Part shown: positions 1-11,399 of the stretch, piece by piece
Layout: each line of letters starts with the position of its first letter
Position numbering within the stretch: position 1 is the stretch's first letter
Origin: Octopus bimaculoides
Lineage: Eukaryota
NCBI RefSeq assembly: GCF_001194135.2
Contig: NC_068983.1
Span: 107,843,490 to 107,907,489 of the forward strand
DNA: 64,000 bases
Direction of reading: 5' to 3'
The notes under the pieces: generated by a model
What the model was told of the DNA's origin: nothing
The model's database searches: none
The model's input: only the letters and a program-made list of their open reading frames with translations
Program-made: the position numbers and the translations under genes

Positions 1-9
1 TATATATTA

Positions 10-50
<41 letters not shown>

Positions 51-59
51 TAGACACAC

Positions 60-985
60 TCGGATTTTTGAGATAAAGAAGAAATTCCTGACCGGGACAC
101 AAAACCTAGGACTGAGTGGTTTCAAAATAAACTTAGCAAAGTTTAAAGTATTGATAATCTGAAAAAAAGACGGGACCCTGATCCTGTCAGGGAAATTGCC
201 ATGCTCAGTATACAGAAAAGGATTACATACATTCTATCCTATGTAAATTATGGTTGCAGAAGTGGCATAGTGGAATTACACACATGGTAATTAAGAAGAT
301 AGACTTGTAAGTAACAAATGTACAGAAGCAATATGCACTAAGAATACATGGCAAATAGATTTTGTCAAAAGCTAGGAAAACTCCCAAGAAATAATTGATA
401 TCTTTTGTTAGCTAGTTAAGCTAATTAGTAGTAGAGGCTGGTGTTATAAAATTATAGTTACAGAGTAAAACAAGTTGAAAGATGTGGGAATTGTTACTCT
501 GCTGACTACAAAAGTGTTTCCTTCTCAGAATGAAAGGTAAATTGTATAATACTTGTATACAAACTGCAATGATACGCAGTGGTGTGACTTGGACCTTGAA
601 TGCAGATGTGTGAAGATTAAAAGAAAATGAAGTAAGCAAGCTCCCCTGGATTTCTAATATTAGCATGCATGACTGATGGAGTAGAAATGAGATGAGAGAA
701 AAAAATAGGTACTAAAGATATCAGATGTAGTGCACAAGTAGGAAGACTGAATCTGTAATTCGAAGTGATATGTATGGAGGATGACAGTCGTATAAAGAAG
801 TATAGGACACTCAATGCTGATGAAACCTGTGGAAGACATCTGCAGAAGTGGTGAAAGCTGATATTAGATGGTTGAACCAGACAAAAAAAAAAAAGATGAC
901 AAGGGAACAAAACAGGTGGTGAGACATGTTGTGTTGGAAAGAACCATCCAATCTATGCAAGCATGCATGCATGGAAAAACCGATT
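60..985 (+). mobile_element. Decayed RTE-clade LINE, 3' part of RT ORF and tail
   Basis: Fragments SKINLAKFKVLII, RMKGKLYNTCIQTAMIRSGVTW and MEDDSRIKKYRTLNADETCGR; similar to the RTE copy at 47.4-49.4 kb. Confidence 0.65.
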
Positions 986-1289
986 TCCACTAGAGTTTCT
1001 ATCTTTGACTACTGTAATCAAATTAGTAGGTGTAATGTTCAGTTTCTTGAAGTTGTGTCCATTCATGTACTTGTGTCACATTCTCACATGAAAAATTGAA
1101 ACATAAATATATAAATACAAAATATATAAATACATTAAATGAAGTTAATATAATCATCAATGTCATCATTTTAATGTCCACTTTTCCATTGTTACTGAGG
1201 CAACAATGTCTGGATGGTCATCTTTTCATCAACATTGTTTCCAATTAAGGTAATATTTTCCTTAACACTACCAAGTAAAAAAAGGCAGC

Positions 1290-1500
1290 AAGCTGGTAGA
1301 ATTGTTAACATACTGGGAAAAATGCTTAGCGGTATTTTACATTCAGAGTTCAAATCTCACAGCAGTCAACTTTACCTTTCAGAGTCAATAAAACAAGTAC
1401 CAGCTGAGAACTGGTGTCAATGTAATCGACTTATCTCTACCCCCGAAATTGTTAGCCTTGTGCTAAATATGAAATCAATATTATCTAGTAAAGAGATATT
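1290..1500 (+). mobile_element. tRNA-derived SINE (same family as 50.4-51.4 kb array)
   Basis: aaatgcttagcggtatttt...ctgagttcaaat...tgtaatcgact matches the units at 50379-51370. Confidence 0.7.
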
Positions 1501-1864
1501 TCTCCTATAAACTTATCCACCCACAATCCACACAATACTCAGTCCATACTCTCTTGTATGCTCATCTTGTACCTTGACAGTACACTCTGACTCCTTGTCA
1601 CCACCACTTTTATCTTCTTTCCAACTACTCCCAGCCACACTAATATAATGTGAGGTAGCCAAGTATCTCTTCTGTAGTAAGGCACCTGTGTCTGACTCTC
1701 TATCATACTTTAGTCTCTTAACTGACATAAATCACCTCCACCTCTACTATAACCCCATTCAGTTGAGGTGGAGGCCTTCTTCCATTTTTTACTTTGTCTT
1801 GTAAGTTGCCTCACTACCTTACTAGTGCCAGTGTCATGAAAAAAAAAAAAAGCATGGGTTAGAC

Positions 1865-2203
1865 CAATGGTTCTCGACTAGTGTTTATATGGCCTCTGAG
1901 GGTCCATATATGATTTTTAGGGGTCCATGCAACTAAATAGTAAGTTGGAAATCCATAATAGTATTTTTAAGAGCCCCTGAAAAAATTTTGCTTTAGATGT
2001 ATTTATTGCAAGAAAAAGCCAGGTTTCTTTCTCTAACATTTTACATAGTTCAACCTACACAAGCGAATGTGTGAAAAACAAAACAGGAATTTTGAAAGAA
2101 GTATCTATAAAACTAGTTTTTAAACATCGAATGGTTATGGGGTCCACCAGAATAAAATAGTAATCAAAGGGATCCCTAGATAAAAAATGGTTGAGAACCC
2201 CTT
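1865..2203. mobile_element. hAT (Charlie-like) MITE with 8-bp TSD
   Basis: Termini CAATGGTTCTCGAC / GGTTGAGAACCCCTT. Flanks ggttagac (1857-1864) and ggttaaac (2204-2211). Second copy at 52593. Confidence 0.8.
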
Positions 2204-2427
2204 GGTTAAACATTTTGTCTGGGACTGGTAAGGGGGAAAGTTGTACCAGGCTCCAGTCTGATTTGACTTGGTTTCTACAGCTGGAGACACTTCCTGACAC
2301 CAATCACATCAAGTACCTTTTATGTGCCACTGGCATGGGTACCTTTATATATGTTTATATATTAAATCATAATCATTGTTTTAACATCAATTTTTCCATG
2401 ATGTTTGCATTGGTCAGACAGATGCAG

Positions 2428-2496
<69 letters not shown>

Positions 2497-2652
2497 ACAT
2501 ATACACATATACATGCATATATATATATATATATAATCTTTTAGATCTTATTTAAATTGATATACATACAAAAACTCACATGTGAGAATTTTGCTATGTT
2601 GATAACAGATACAATATTTTTACCAAATTTTGGTGTAGATCTATAAATACAT

Positions 2653-2861
2653 NNNNNNNNNNNNNNNNNNNNNNNNNNNNNNNNNNNNNNNNNNNNNNNN
2701 NNNNNNNNNNNNNNNNNNNNNNNNNNNNNNNNNNNNNNNNNNNNNNNNNNNNNNNNNNNNNNNNNNNNNNNNNNNNNNNNNNNNNNNNNNNNNNNNNNNN
2801 NNNNNNNNNNNNNNNNNNNNNNNNNNNNNNNNNNNNNNNNNNNNNNNNNNNNNNNNNNNNN
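2653..2861. other. Assembly gap (others at 4162-4413, 5631-6081, 16454-17135, 46107-46116, 46566-46665)
   Basis: Runs of N, mostly flanked by microsatellites or repeats. Confidence 1.
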
Positions 2862-2884
2862 NTATATATATATATAAACTGGCA

Positions 2885-3200
2885 CTATATCAGTTAGGAT
2901 AACAAATGTTCCAGCCAATCCAATCAATATAAAAGCCTGCTTGCAAAATTAACATGCATGTGGCTGAGCACTCAATAAATCCACATACCCTAAATGTAGT
3001 TCTCAAGAAGATTCAGCATGACACAGAATGTGATAAGGCTGGCTCTTTCAAATACAGGTACAACTCATTTTTGTCAACTGAGTGGACTGGAGCAGTATGA
3101 AATAAAGTGTCTTACTCAAGGAACAATGCACCTTCGGGAATTGAACTCATAACCTTATGATTGTGAGCAAATATTCTAACCACTAAGCCATGTGCCTTTA
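2885..3200 (-). mobile_element. tRNA-derived SINE with conserved central domain
   Basis: The reverse complement shares the gagtgctcagccacatgca..ttaatt domain with the 57367-57730 copy; tRNA-like head near 3150-3200. Confidence 0.6.
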
Positions 3201-3234
3201 AATACATACATGCATACATATATATGTTATCGAG

Positions 3235-3765
3235 TGCTCATACTCAATGTATTTGTTCTGTTTGTTCACCAGTTGGCTGTAGCATAGCGCCTGGGGTATG
3301 ACTCCCTAATAACTATGGGTGTTAAAACACATGAATGTCATAGAGAGGGTTTCAATCTCATTTAGGAGTAAGGGTTAGTGATGTTTTGCCATTTTCATGG
3401 CTTATTAACATTACGTTTCTGAATCAAACTAGGGACAAATTGAACCAGTCCATGACTATATTTAATCTTATATATGCATCACCATGGCATACTAGCAAAT
3501 GGTTTTTACACCATTTATACATAGTTACGGACTGGTAATTCGATTCCTCTTTTCTTTGATTCAAGCACATGATGTTGATAAGCCATAAAAATGGTGAAAC
3601 ATCGCTATCTATCACACCTGAATAGGATTAGAGGCAGGTTGTCTCACCTGTCTGTGACATTCAGGTGCTTTAACACCCAGCATTCTGAGGTAATTGTCCC
3701 CCCCCCCACTACACAGCAGTGAGCTGGTGAACAGACAAAACACATACCATCAGTATATGTGGTCA
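3235..3765. mobile_element. MITE-like element with imperfect ~100-bp inverted arms
   Basis: tgtttgttcaccag...gggtgttaaaacac (3260-3332) is inverted relative to gtgctttaacaccc...ctggtgaacagaca (3665-3737). Confidence 0.45.
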
Positions 3766-3847
3766 AATATGTTTACAACACTAGTGCTACTTTTAATTTG
3801 TTTTTGACATACATGCATACATATGCACATTATATGTACATACATAC

Positions 3848-3906
<59 letters not shown>

Positions 3907-4413
3907 AAAATTAAAAGGGTAAAGGAATTATCAATTTATTAATTAATAAATCAATTAATAATTAATAATTTTTACCAAGTCCAACGGTATGAAAGCACCA
4001 TTATTGGTGGAGAACTTATTCAAAAAAAGTTCATATATTTATAAATATAATTAAGGGATCAGCAAAATATTTGCTTCATCATATACCGAAGTTCAGAAAA
4101 ATACCAGCTAAAAAAGCTGAGAATCTCACAGATAGCATCACTTGTAACTCACAAAGGCAAANNNNNNNNNNNNNNNNNNNNNNNNNNNNNNNNNNNNNNN
4201 NNNNNNNNNNNNNNNNNNNNNNNNNNNNNNNNNNNNNNNNNNNNNNNNNNNNNNNNNNNNNNNNNNNNNNNNNNNNNNNNNNNNNNNNNNNNNNNNNNNN
4301 NNNNNNNNNNNNNNNNNNNNNNNNNNNNNNNNNNNNNNNNNNNNNNNNNNNNNNNNNNNNNNNNNNNNNNNNNNNNNNNNNNNNNNNNNNNNNNNNNNNN
4401 NNNNNNNNNNNNN

Positions 4414-4444
<31 letters not shown>

Positions 4445-4446
<2 letters not shown>

Positions 4447-5076
4447 ACGTAGACCCAGGAAGACCTGGGATGAGATGGTGAAATCTGAAATCGAACCGAA
4501 TCCGACAACTGGCACCCATGCCAACCTCTCCTTCATTGGACACTAAACTCTGCTTCCAAAGACCTGTTAGGGCAAGTGAAATCAGAATCGAAATCGAAAT
4601 TGAACCATACTCGATGACTGGCACCTGCGTCAGTGGAGCACTAACAGCACTGTCCGAACATGTTCATTGCCAGAGCAGCTGTCTGGCTTCTGTGCTAGTG
4701 GCCCGTAAATAGCACCATTTGAGCGTAATCGTTACCAGTGTCACCTTCTATCACTTGTGCTGGTGGCACATTAGAAAATCATTCGAGCGAGGTCCTTGCC
4801 AGTGCCGCTGGACTGGCTCCCATGCAGGTGGCATGTAAAAAACACCTTTTGAGTGAGGCCATTGCCAGTACCGTGTGACTGGCCCTCGTGTCGGTGGCAC
4901 GTAAATGCACCCACTACACTCTCGGAGTGGTTGGCATTAGGAAGGGCATCCAACTGTATAAACTCTACCAGATCAGATTGGAGCCTGGTGCAGCCTTCTG
5001 GCTTGCAAGTCGTCACTCAAATCATCCAACCCACGCTAGCATGGAAAGTGGACGTTAAACGATGATGATGATGATG
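4445..5076 (+). mobile_element. Non-autonomous retroelement with internal hairpin subrepeats and RTE-like (GAT)n tail
   Basis: GCCAGT-N8-ACTGGC units at 4798 and 4864; 3' end gcatggaaagtggacgttaaacgatgatgat. Same family at 5350, 18600 and 45973. Confidence 0.75.
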
Positions 5077-5159
5077 ATATATATATACATATACACACAC
5101 ACACATAAATATCTATATCTGCCAAACTCATGCAAGCATGAAAAGTGGATGTATATATA

Positions 5160-5201
<42 letters not shown>

Positions 5202-5349
5202 TATATATACATCCACTTTTTCATGTATGTATGTATGTATGTATGTATATATGTATGTATACAGTTTTCATCTACAATCAACTCACAAAGCTTTGGTTGG
5301 CCTGGTGCAATACTAGAAGACACTTGTTGTCAGCAAGACTAAAATGTGC

Positions 5350-5630
5350 TCTTGGCCCATTGTGCTTGAGAAGACCCGGCAAGCCAAATAAGATCGTTGC
5401 CAGTGCCCCTGGACTGGCTCTTGTGCGGGTGGCACATAAGATGCACCATTTTGAGCATGGCCGTTGCCAGTACCGCCTGACTGGCCTTCGTAGGATTTTC
5501 GAGCAAGATCGTTGCCAGTGCCCCTGGACTGGCTTGTGCGGGTGGCACATAAAAGACACCATTTCGAGCGTGGCCGTTGCCAGTATCGCCTGACTGGCCT
5601 TCGTGCAGGTGACACATAAAAGCACCTACT
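5350..5630 (+). repeat. Internal tandem subrepeat array of the same hairpin element (cut by gap)
   Basis: Four GCCAGT-N8-ACTGGC units at 5399, 5466, 5514 and 5579. Confidence 0.8.
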
Positions 5631-6081
5631 NNNNNNNNNNNNNNNNNNNNNNNNNNNNNNNNNNNNNNNNNNNNNNNNNNNNNNNNNNNNNNNNNNNNNN
5701 NNNNNNNNNNNNNNNNNNNNNNNNNNNNNNNNNNNNNNNNNNNNNNNNNNNNNNNNNNNNNNNNNNNNNNNNNNNNNNNNNNNNNNNNNNNNNNNNNNNN
5801 NNNNNNNNNNNNNNNNNNNNNNNNNNNNNNNNNNNNNNNNNNNNNNNNNNNNNNNNNNNNNNNNNNNNNNNNNNNNNNNNNNNNNNNNNNNNNNNNNNNN
5901 NNNNNNNNNNNNNNNNNNNNNNNNNNNNNNNNNNNNNNNNNNNNNNNNNNNNNNNNNNNNNNNNNNNNNNNNNNNNNNNNNNNNNNNNNNNNNNNNNNNN
6001 NNNNNNNNNNNNNNNNNNNNNNNNNNNNNNNNNNNNNNNNNNNNNNNNNNNNNNNNNNNNNNNNNNNNNNNNNNNNNNNNN

Positions 6082-6183
6082 TATCAGTCTCTTTTGCCGA
6101 ACCGCTAAGTTACGAAGATGTAAACACACCAGCATCGGTTGTCAAGCAATGTTGGGGAGACAAACACAGACACACAAACATAT

Positions 6184-6234
<51 letters not shown>

Positions 6235-6399
6235 TACGACAGGCTTCTTTCAGTTTCTGTCTACCAAATCCTCTCACAAGGCTTTGGTCAGCCCGAGGCT
6301 ATAGTAGAAAACACTTGCCCAAGGTGTCACGCAGTGGGACTGAACCCAGAACCATGTGGTTGGTAAGCAAGCTACTTACCACACAGCCGCTCCTGCGCC
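6082..6399 (-). mobile_element. OR2-like tRNA-derived CORE-type SINE
   Basis: Reverse complement begins ggcgcaggagcggctgtgtggtaag; CORE-like accttgggcaagtg; near-identical to 7205-7619 and 17796-18187. Confidence 0.85.
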
Positions 6400-6439
6400 T
6401 ATATAAATATATATGTGTGTTTGTGTGTGCATATAGGAT

Positions 6440-6745
6440 GCAGATGTGGCTGCGTGTTTAAGAAGCTTGCTTCCTGACAGCATTGTTATGAGTTCACTTC
6501 CGCTGTACAGCACCTTGGCCAGTGTCTTCTTTTAAAATTACAATCTTTATTGTGTGAATCTGGTTGACAGAAACCAAAAGAAATTAATTGTGTGTGTACA
6601 TACATACACACACGTGCATTTGTGCATGAGTATGTTTGTCACCTTGATTTGATTTAGCTTGATTGTTGCAAATTAGTGTCATTCATTTCTAATATTCTTG
6701 AAAAATATGTCCAGCCACTGGAAAATATTATCTTGCTTAGAAACA
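6440..6745 (+). mobile_element. Degenerate tRNA/CORE-type SINE
   Basis: gtggctgcgtgtttaagaagcttgct...gcaccttggccagtgtctt head; 3' part resembles 57790-58210. Confidence 0.55.
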
Positions 6746-7204
6746 GATGATGCGTGGTAAGGGAAAAGTAATCTGATCATAGAAAATGCACATCAATAAA
6801 CTTTGTTTTATCCATGGAAGCATGCAAAAATGAACATTAAAACAATGACAAATATTTTGTATATCATCCTCAGCACTTTGCAGATTTCTCAGCTGACAGT
6901 TTAAACCCTCATACACCACACACACACACACATTTGTCCTCTACTCGATATAGCCACCCCTACATACCTCTGACATCTATCTCTCTCTTTCTCATGTACT
7001 GTTACGTTTTCTGTACTGCCACTTATCACCTCCTCTTACTTTAGCCTTTGTTATCTTTTCACTCCCCATACTGATAGCCACCATCTACTACCCCTATTTC
7101 TTGTTCCATTCACTACCTTCACATCTGCATCTATTTATAATCTGTTACTTTCCTCTCACACTCAAATGAATGACCACTCACCTTTACCGATCTTCTCTTT
7201 TTTT

Positions 7205-7619
7205 TACTCTTTTACTCTTTTACTTGTTTCAGTCATTTGACTGTGGCCATGCTGGAGCACCGCCTTTAGTCGAGCAAATCAACCCCAGGACTTATTGTTT
7301 GGAAGCCTAGTACTTATTCTATCGGTCTCTTTTGCCGAACCGCTAAGTTATGGGGATGTAAACACACCAGCATCGGTTGTCAAGTAATGTTGGGGGGACA
7401 AACACAGACACACATACACACATATACACATACATATACATACATATACATATATACGACAGGCTTCTTTCAGTTTCCATCTACCAAATCCACTCACAAG
7501 GCTTTGGTCAGCTCGAGGCTATAGTAGAAGACACTTGCCCAAGATGTCACGCAGTGGGACTGAACCCAGAACCATGTGGTTTGTAAGCAAGCTACTTACC
7601 ACACAGCCACTCCTGCGCC
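7205..7619 (-). mobile_element. Full-length OR2-like SINE
   Basis: Complete head-to-tail match to 17796-18187 in reverse orientation, with internal (TA/CA)n. Confidence 0.88.
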
Positions 7620-8118
7620 TTACACTTACCTTTTTGTATCATGAGAATATACTCAAACACCTTGTAACTATCACCATTCTCTTTCCAAGTACTCCCACTC
7701 ATTTTTATATGATATAGGGACATTGTGTACTTCCTTTATAGCAAGACACCTACACGTATCCCTTTATTATACTTTAATCTCTCACCTCACTCTGTAAAGA
7801 TGTCTCCCATCCTACTACAACTAACTGCAGTTGAGAGATATTTTTCTTTTTCTTGATAACATCATCAGTGCTTGTATCACGAAAAAGTACACAGTACACT
7901 CTGCCAAATGGTTGGCATTTAGAGGGACATCCAGCCATAGAAAACATGCCAGGGCAGACACTGGAGTTCAACACATTCCTCTGGCTGGTTGGATCCTTGC
8001 CATCATTCAACTCATGCCACATTGATGATGATGATGAAAGACACTTTGGATAGAAAAGGTTAAGGATTGCTTGTGGTATCTGAACCCACATCTCCAGTAA
8101 ATATGACTGCTACTTATC

Positions 8119-8813
8119 TTTCTTTCTTGCCTTTAACCCTCCAACGTGGAGTGTAGGCCACTTATAATTGAATTCCATGTCGCATAATTTCTCACTTCTG
8201 TATTTATACTCTGCTATGAATGTCCCCCTTTATCTAGTTCCTTTTGTATTGATCTACGCCACGAGTTCTTAGGCCTCTTTCTATATCCATCCGGATTCCA
8301 CTGTAAAGCACTTTTCGCTACACTTGGTGTGTCCTTTCTAATTGTGCTACCAATCCGCTTCCACTTTTTCTTAAATATTTGTTCTCTAATCGAAACTTGA
8401 TTCGTTCTTTTCCATAGCTCCATATTACTTATGTGTTTGGGCCATCTGATTTTAAGTATAACGTCAAAATTAGAAGCAATAGCTGCCAAACTAGGATTGA
8501 AAGTCAACTGCAACAAATCAAAAATTATGCATGTTAATGAAGAAAACAGTGAACGTATTAAACTAGAAACTGGTGAAGTAGAGGATGTAGCCGAGTTTAC
8601 ATATTTAGGTAGTAAGATAACGTTCTCAGGAAGCACCGACGAAGATATTAGGATGAGAATAAGTAAGGCAAGGACCGCTTTCCACTTGTTAAAAAAAGTA
8701 TGGAGTGCAAGTGTAATTTCAATAAAGAACAAAATAAGAATTTTTGACACTAACATAAAAGCAGTGTTATTGTATGGGGCTGAGACATGGTGAACAACAG
8801 TTAAGTCAAATAA
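8119..8813 (-). mobile_element. RTE-clade LINE 3' fragment with inverted 5' segment and 10-bp TSD
   Basis: Minus 8119-8459 encodes ILKIRWP...QWNPDGYRKRPKNSWRRS. Plus 8460-8813 encodes the immediately upstream RT region (KLGLKVNCNKSKIM...LLYGAETW). TSD GCTACTTATC at 8109-8118 and 8814-8823. Confidence 0.85.
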
Positions 8814-8941
8814 GCTACTTATCACCTCCTTTTTATTTAGCTATTGTTATCTTTTCACTCCCCATACTGATATCCACCATCTACCACACCTGTCCCCATT
8901 TTTCCATTCACTACATTCATGTCTACATCCACTTATAACTA

Positions 8942-9470
8942 TGTGGCCCATATGACATCAGGACAGTATTCAAGAGTAATACAACACTTCACAAATATCT
9001 TCTTCAGGTAAAACCACCAACAGAAGAGAATATGACCAAAAACTGTATGTACTCCATCCCATACAGCTGTGGTAGGTTATACAAAGGCAAAACATGTTGC
9101 CTCCTCAAAATAAGGGTAGAGGAACATCGCAAAGATATGACATGAGGAGATATTGATAAATCAGGTATAGCTGATCATGTATGGGAAAATGGAGGTCACC
9201 TCCCCCTGTGGGATGAAGTTAAAATAATAGACAGAGAACACCAGTGGAAAATACGAAAACTAAAATAAACAGCACATATGCTAGGACACAACAACCTCCT
9301 AAGCAGACCGAATGCAGATACGAATAGCATATGGGAACTGGTATTAAGGAAGGATAGGTTTATAAGGAAGGATAGATTTATAAGCCCTAAAATTCACTCT
9401 ATAATTGCCCACGGGCATATGGTGTAGTGGCTACTAACCCCAAGATTCTGAATTCGATTCCGGGCAGTGA

Positions 9471-9515
<45 letters not shown>

Positions 9516-9685
9516 TAATAATAATAACAACATCATCAAAAAATACCTTAGAAATGAGAACCCAGGTTTGAAATTTCCCCAAGACATCTGATGAGGGCTG
9601 GGGGGTATATCAGCTGAAATGTTGTATGAACAACAAACAAGATGAGGACAGATATCCGTCAAATGTAAATAATGTAAATAATATA
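8942..9685 (+). mobile_element. Penelope-like element 3' end: GIY-YIG endonuclease remnant plus terminal repeat region
   Basis: Frame from 8942: MYSIPYSCGRLYKGKTCCLLKIRVEEHRK..*..KSGIADHVW..WDEVKIIDREHQWKIRKLK* (two stops). Followed by a tRNA-like head, (AAT)n and a hammerhead motif. Confidence 0.85.
9583..9628 (+). ncRNA. Degenerate minimal (Penelope-type) hammerhead ribozyme motif
   Basis: CTGATGA at 9588-9594; stem II GGCTG(9596-9600)/CAGCT(9611-9615); GAAA 9616-9619; ATGT in place of palindromic ACGT; weak stem I GACAT/GTATG. Confidence 0.6.
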
Positions 9686-10519
9686 TCTATCACCCTCTTC
9701 TCACATTCAAATGAATAACCCACTCACCTTTACCAATCTTCTGGTCATATTCTCTCTTACTTTCACCTTTTGCTATCATAAGAGTATGCTCTGACACCTG
9801 GTAACTGTTACCATTCTCTTTTCACTTACACCCACATGCAGCCTTTGACCTTTCTATCCAAAGGATTTTTTATCCCAATATTTACATGCTATTATTTATA
9901 GCTCATCTGCATCGAGGTCCTATGTTCTAAAACAGATTTATGCATATATGTGTGAGTGTGTTACTTGGTGAACTTTGCTAGTGCTGGTGCCATGAAAAAG
10001 CACCTAGTATGTTGTGTAAAGTGGTTGGTATTGGATAGGGATCCAACCAAGGAAAAGTTTAAAGGAGAGAAATTAATGAGACACAGCAGAGATTTACATT
10101 CTCTTAGTTCAAAAAAGAGTGGCTACAACTGATAATGAACACAGGACCATGTAAGGTTCATATGTGAACAAGAAGTGGTAGGAGAAATAGTGTGAGAAGG
10201 AAGAAGGAAAGACTAATGGAAAAGGAGAAATAGGCAAACTTGAATGAGATGAAGGGAACAGATGAAGAGAGAGAGGTGTATTGAAGAATAAGAGAAGTTT
10301 TGAGAAATTAAGAAGAGATGTTGGAGTAAAAAGAAAAAAAACTATGATTTAAACTTGTCTGTGACATGGTACCAACTTCAAATATGGCAAGCTTTCCCCA
10401 CCCCCGTTTAATTGAGATTGTGAATCCATGGCAAATAGCTATGCCACAGACAGTTAATTGAATAGTGGTATTTAAGAAAGGTGTCCAGCGCACAAGTTGA
10501 GACATAAAAGTTTAGTTTT

Positions 10520-11340
10520 GGGTTGAAAATCCACCTGGATCCTAAAATGAATTCAAGTTTTGTAAAATTTATTTTGATTTTCAAACTATCATACTTGTTT
10601 TGGCAATGTTTTTGTTTCCCATGCTAAATAAATGAAATGAAAATTCAAAAGAAAATATGCACAAAAATGTTACATGGCAATAAAACATGCTCAACAAACA
10701 GGTTTCATAACAAAATTACACAATGAAAATTTGTGGGTTCAATAAATTTTACAGTAATAAGAAATAATGAACGTTCAAATTGATGATAAATTTCATAGCA
10801 ATAATACATGATATATATCTGAGAGTTCAGTAAGATCCATACCAGTAAATTATGTTTGCAATTAGTTATGAAGATTTTAAAATATAAGAAAGTTCTGTTG
10901 TATTGTGTGAAGTAGAACTGTTTACTGCTTGCTTCAGTAGTTTGAATGTGGAACTTGAACTTTATTTCAAGCTGAAATATGTAGGTTTTAAGACATAGGC
11001 TCAAGTCCAGATTAATTACTTCCTCAAGAACATCACTTGTTCTCATCTGCCCATAATCTAGTGTTCTGGTTTGCTGACCACTTGGGAACATCATTTTTTT
11101 TATCATACATTTTAATCACTTGTTTTTGTCTAGCATCCAGTTGATAGTATGTGGGTGTCAATTGTTTATCAAATGTCCAGATTACTTGATTCTGTCTGAC
11201 AACAGTTTAGTGTTGTGTTCTAGTTTGCTGTTTTCATTAAGAGGCTTCTTGTTTTTATGTTGTCTTATTCGATTGAATACTTGATAGCACCAATTGTTGT
11301 ATTATGTTTTCCCTTTCAGTTTGGTTTTAACCAAAAACAT
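10520..11340. repeat. Left arm of ~850-bp imperfect inverted repeat
   Basis: Aligns by eye in reverse complement to 14100-14970 along its length (e.g. gaacttgaactttatttcaagctga vs cagcttgaaataaagttcaagttc). Confidence 0.85.
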
Positions 11341-11399
11341 TATAAAATTGATAAATCCTAATATGATATCAGCAGATAGGGTCGAAAGTATGTATCAAT

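Noticed and set aside
4798-5598. Palindromic repeats with variable interiors resembling a CRISPR array
   Set aside because: Eukaryotic context, no cas genes, spacers are homologous to each other, and the array is part of a dispersed retroelement.
5603-6304. Long ORFs crossing N runs (also 4071-4624, 16363-17256, 46408-46815)
   Set aside because: Artefacts of assembly gaps.
10705-11106. 133-aa ORF in the left inverted arm
   Set aside because: No recognisable motifs, and the homologous right arm shows no corresponding long ORF in the track.
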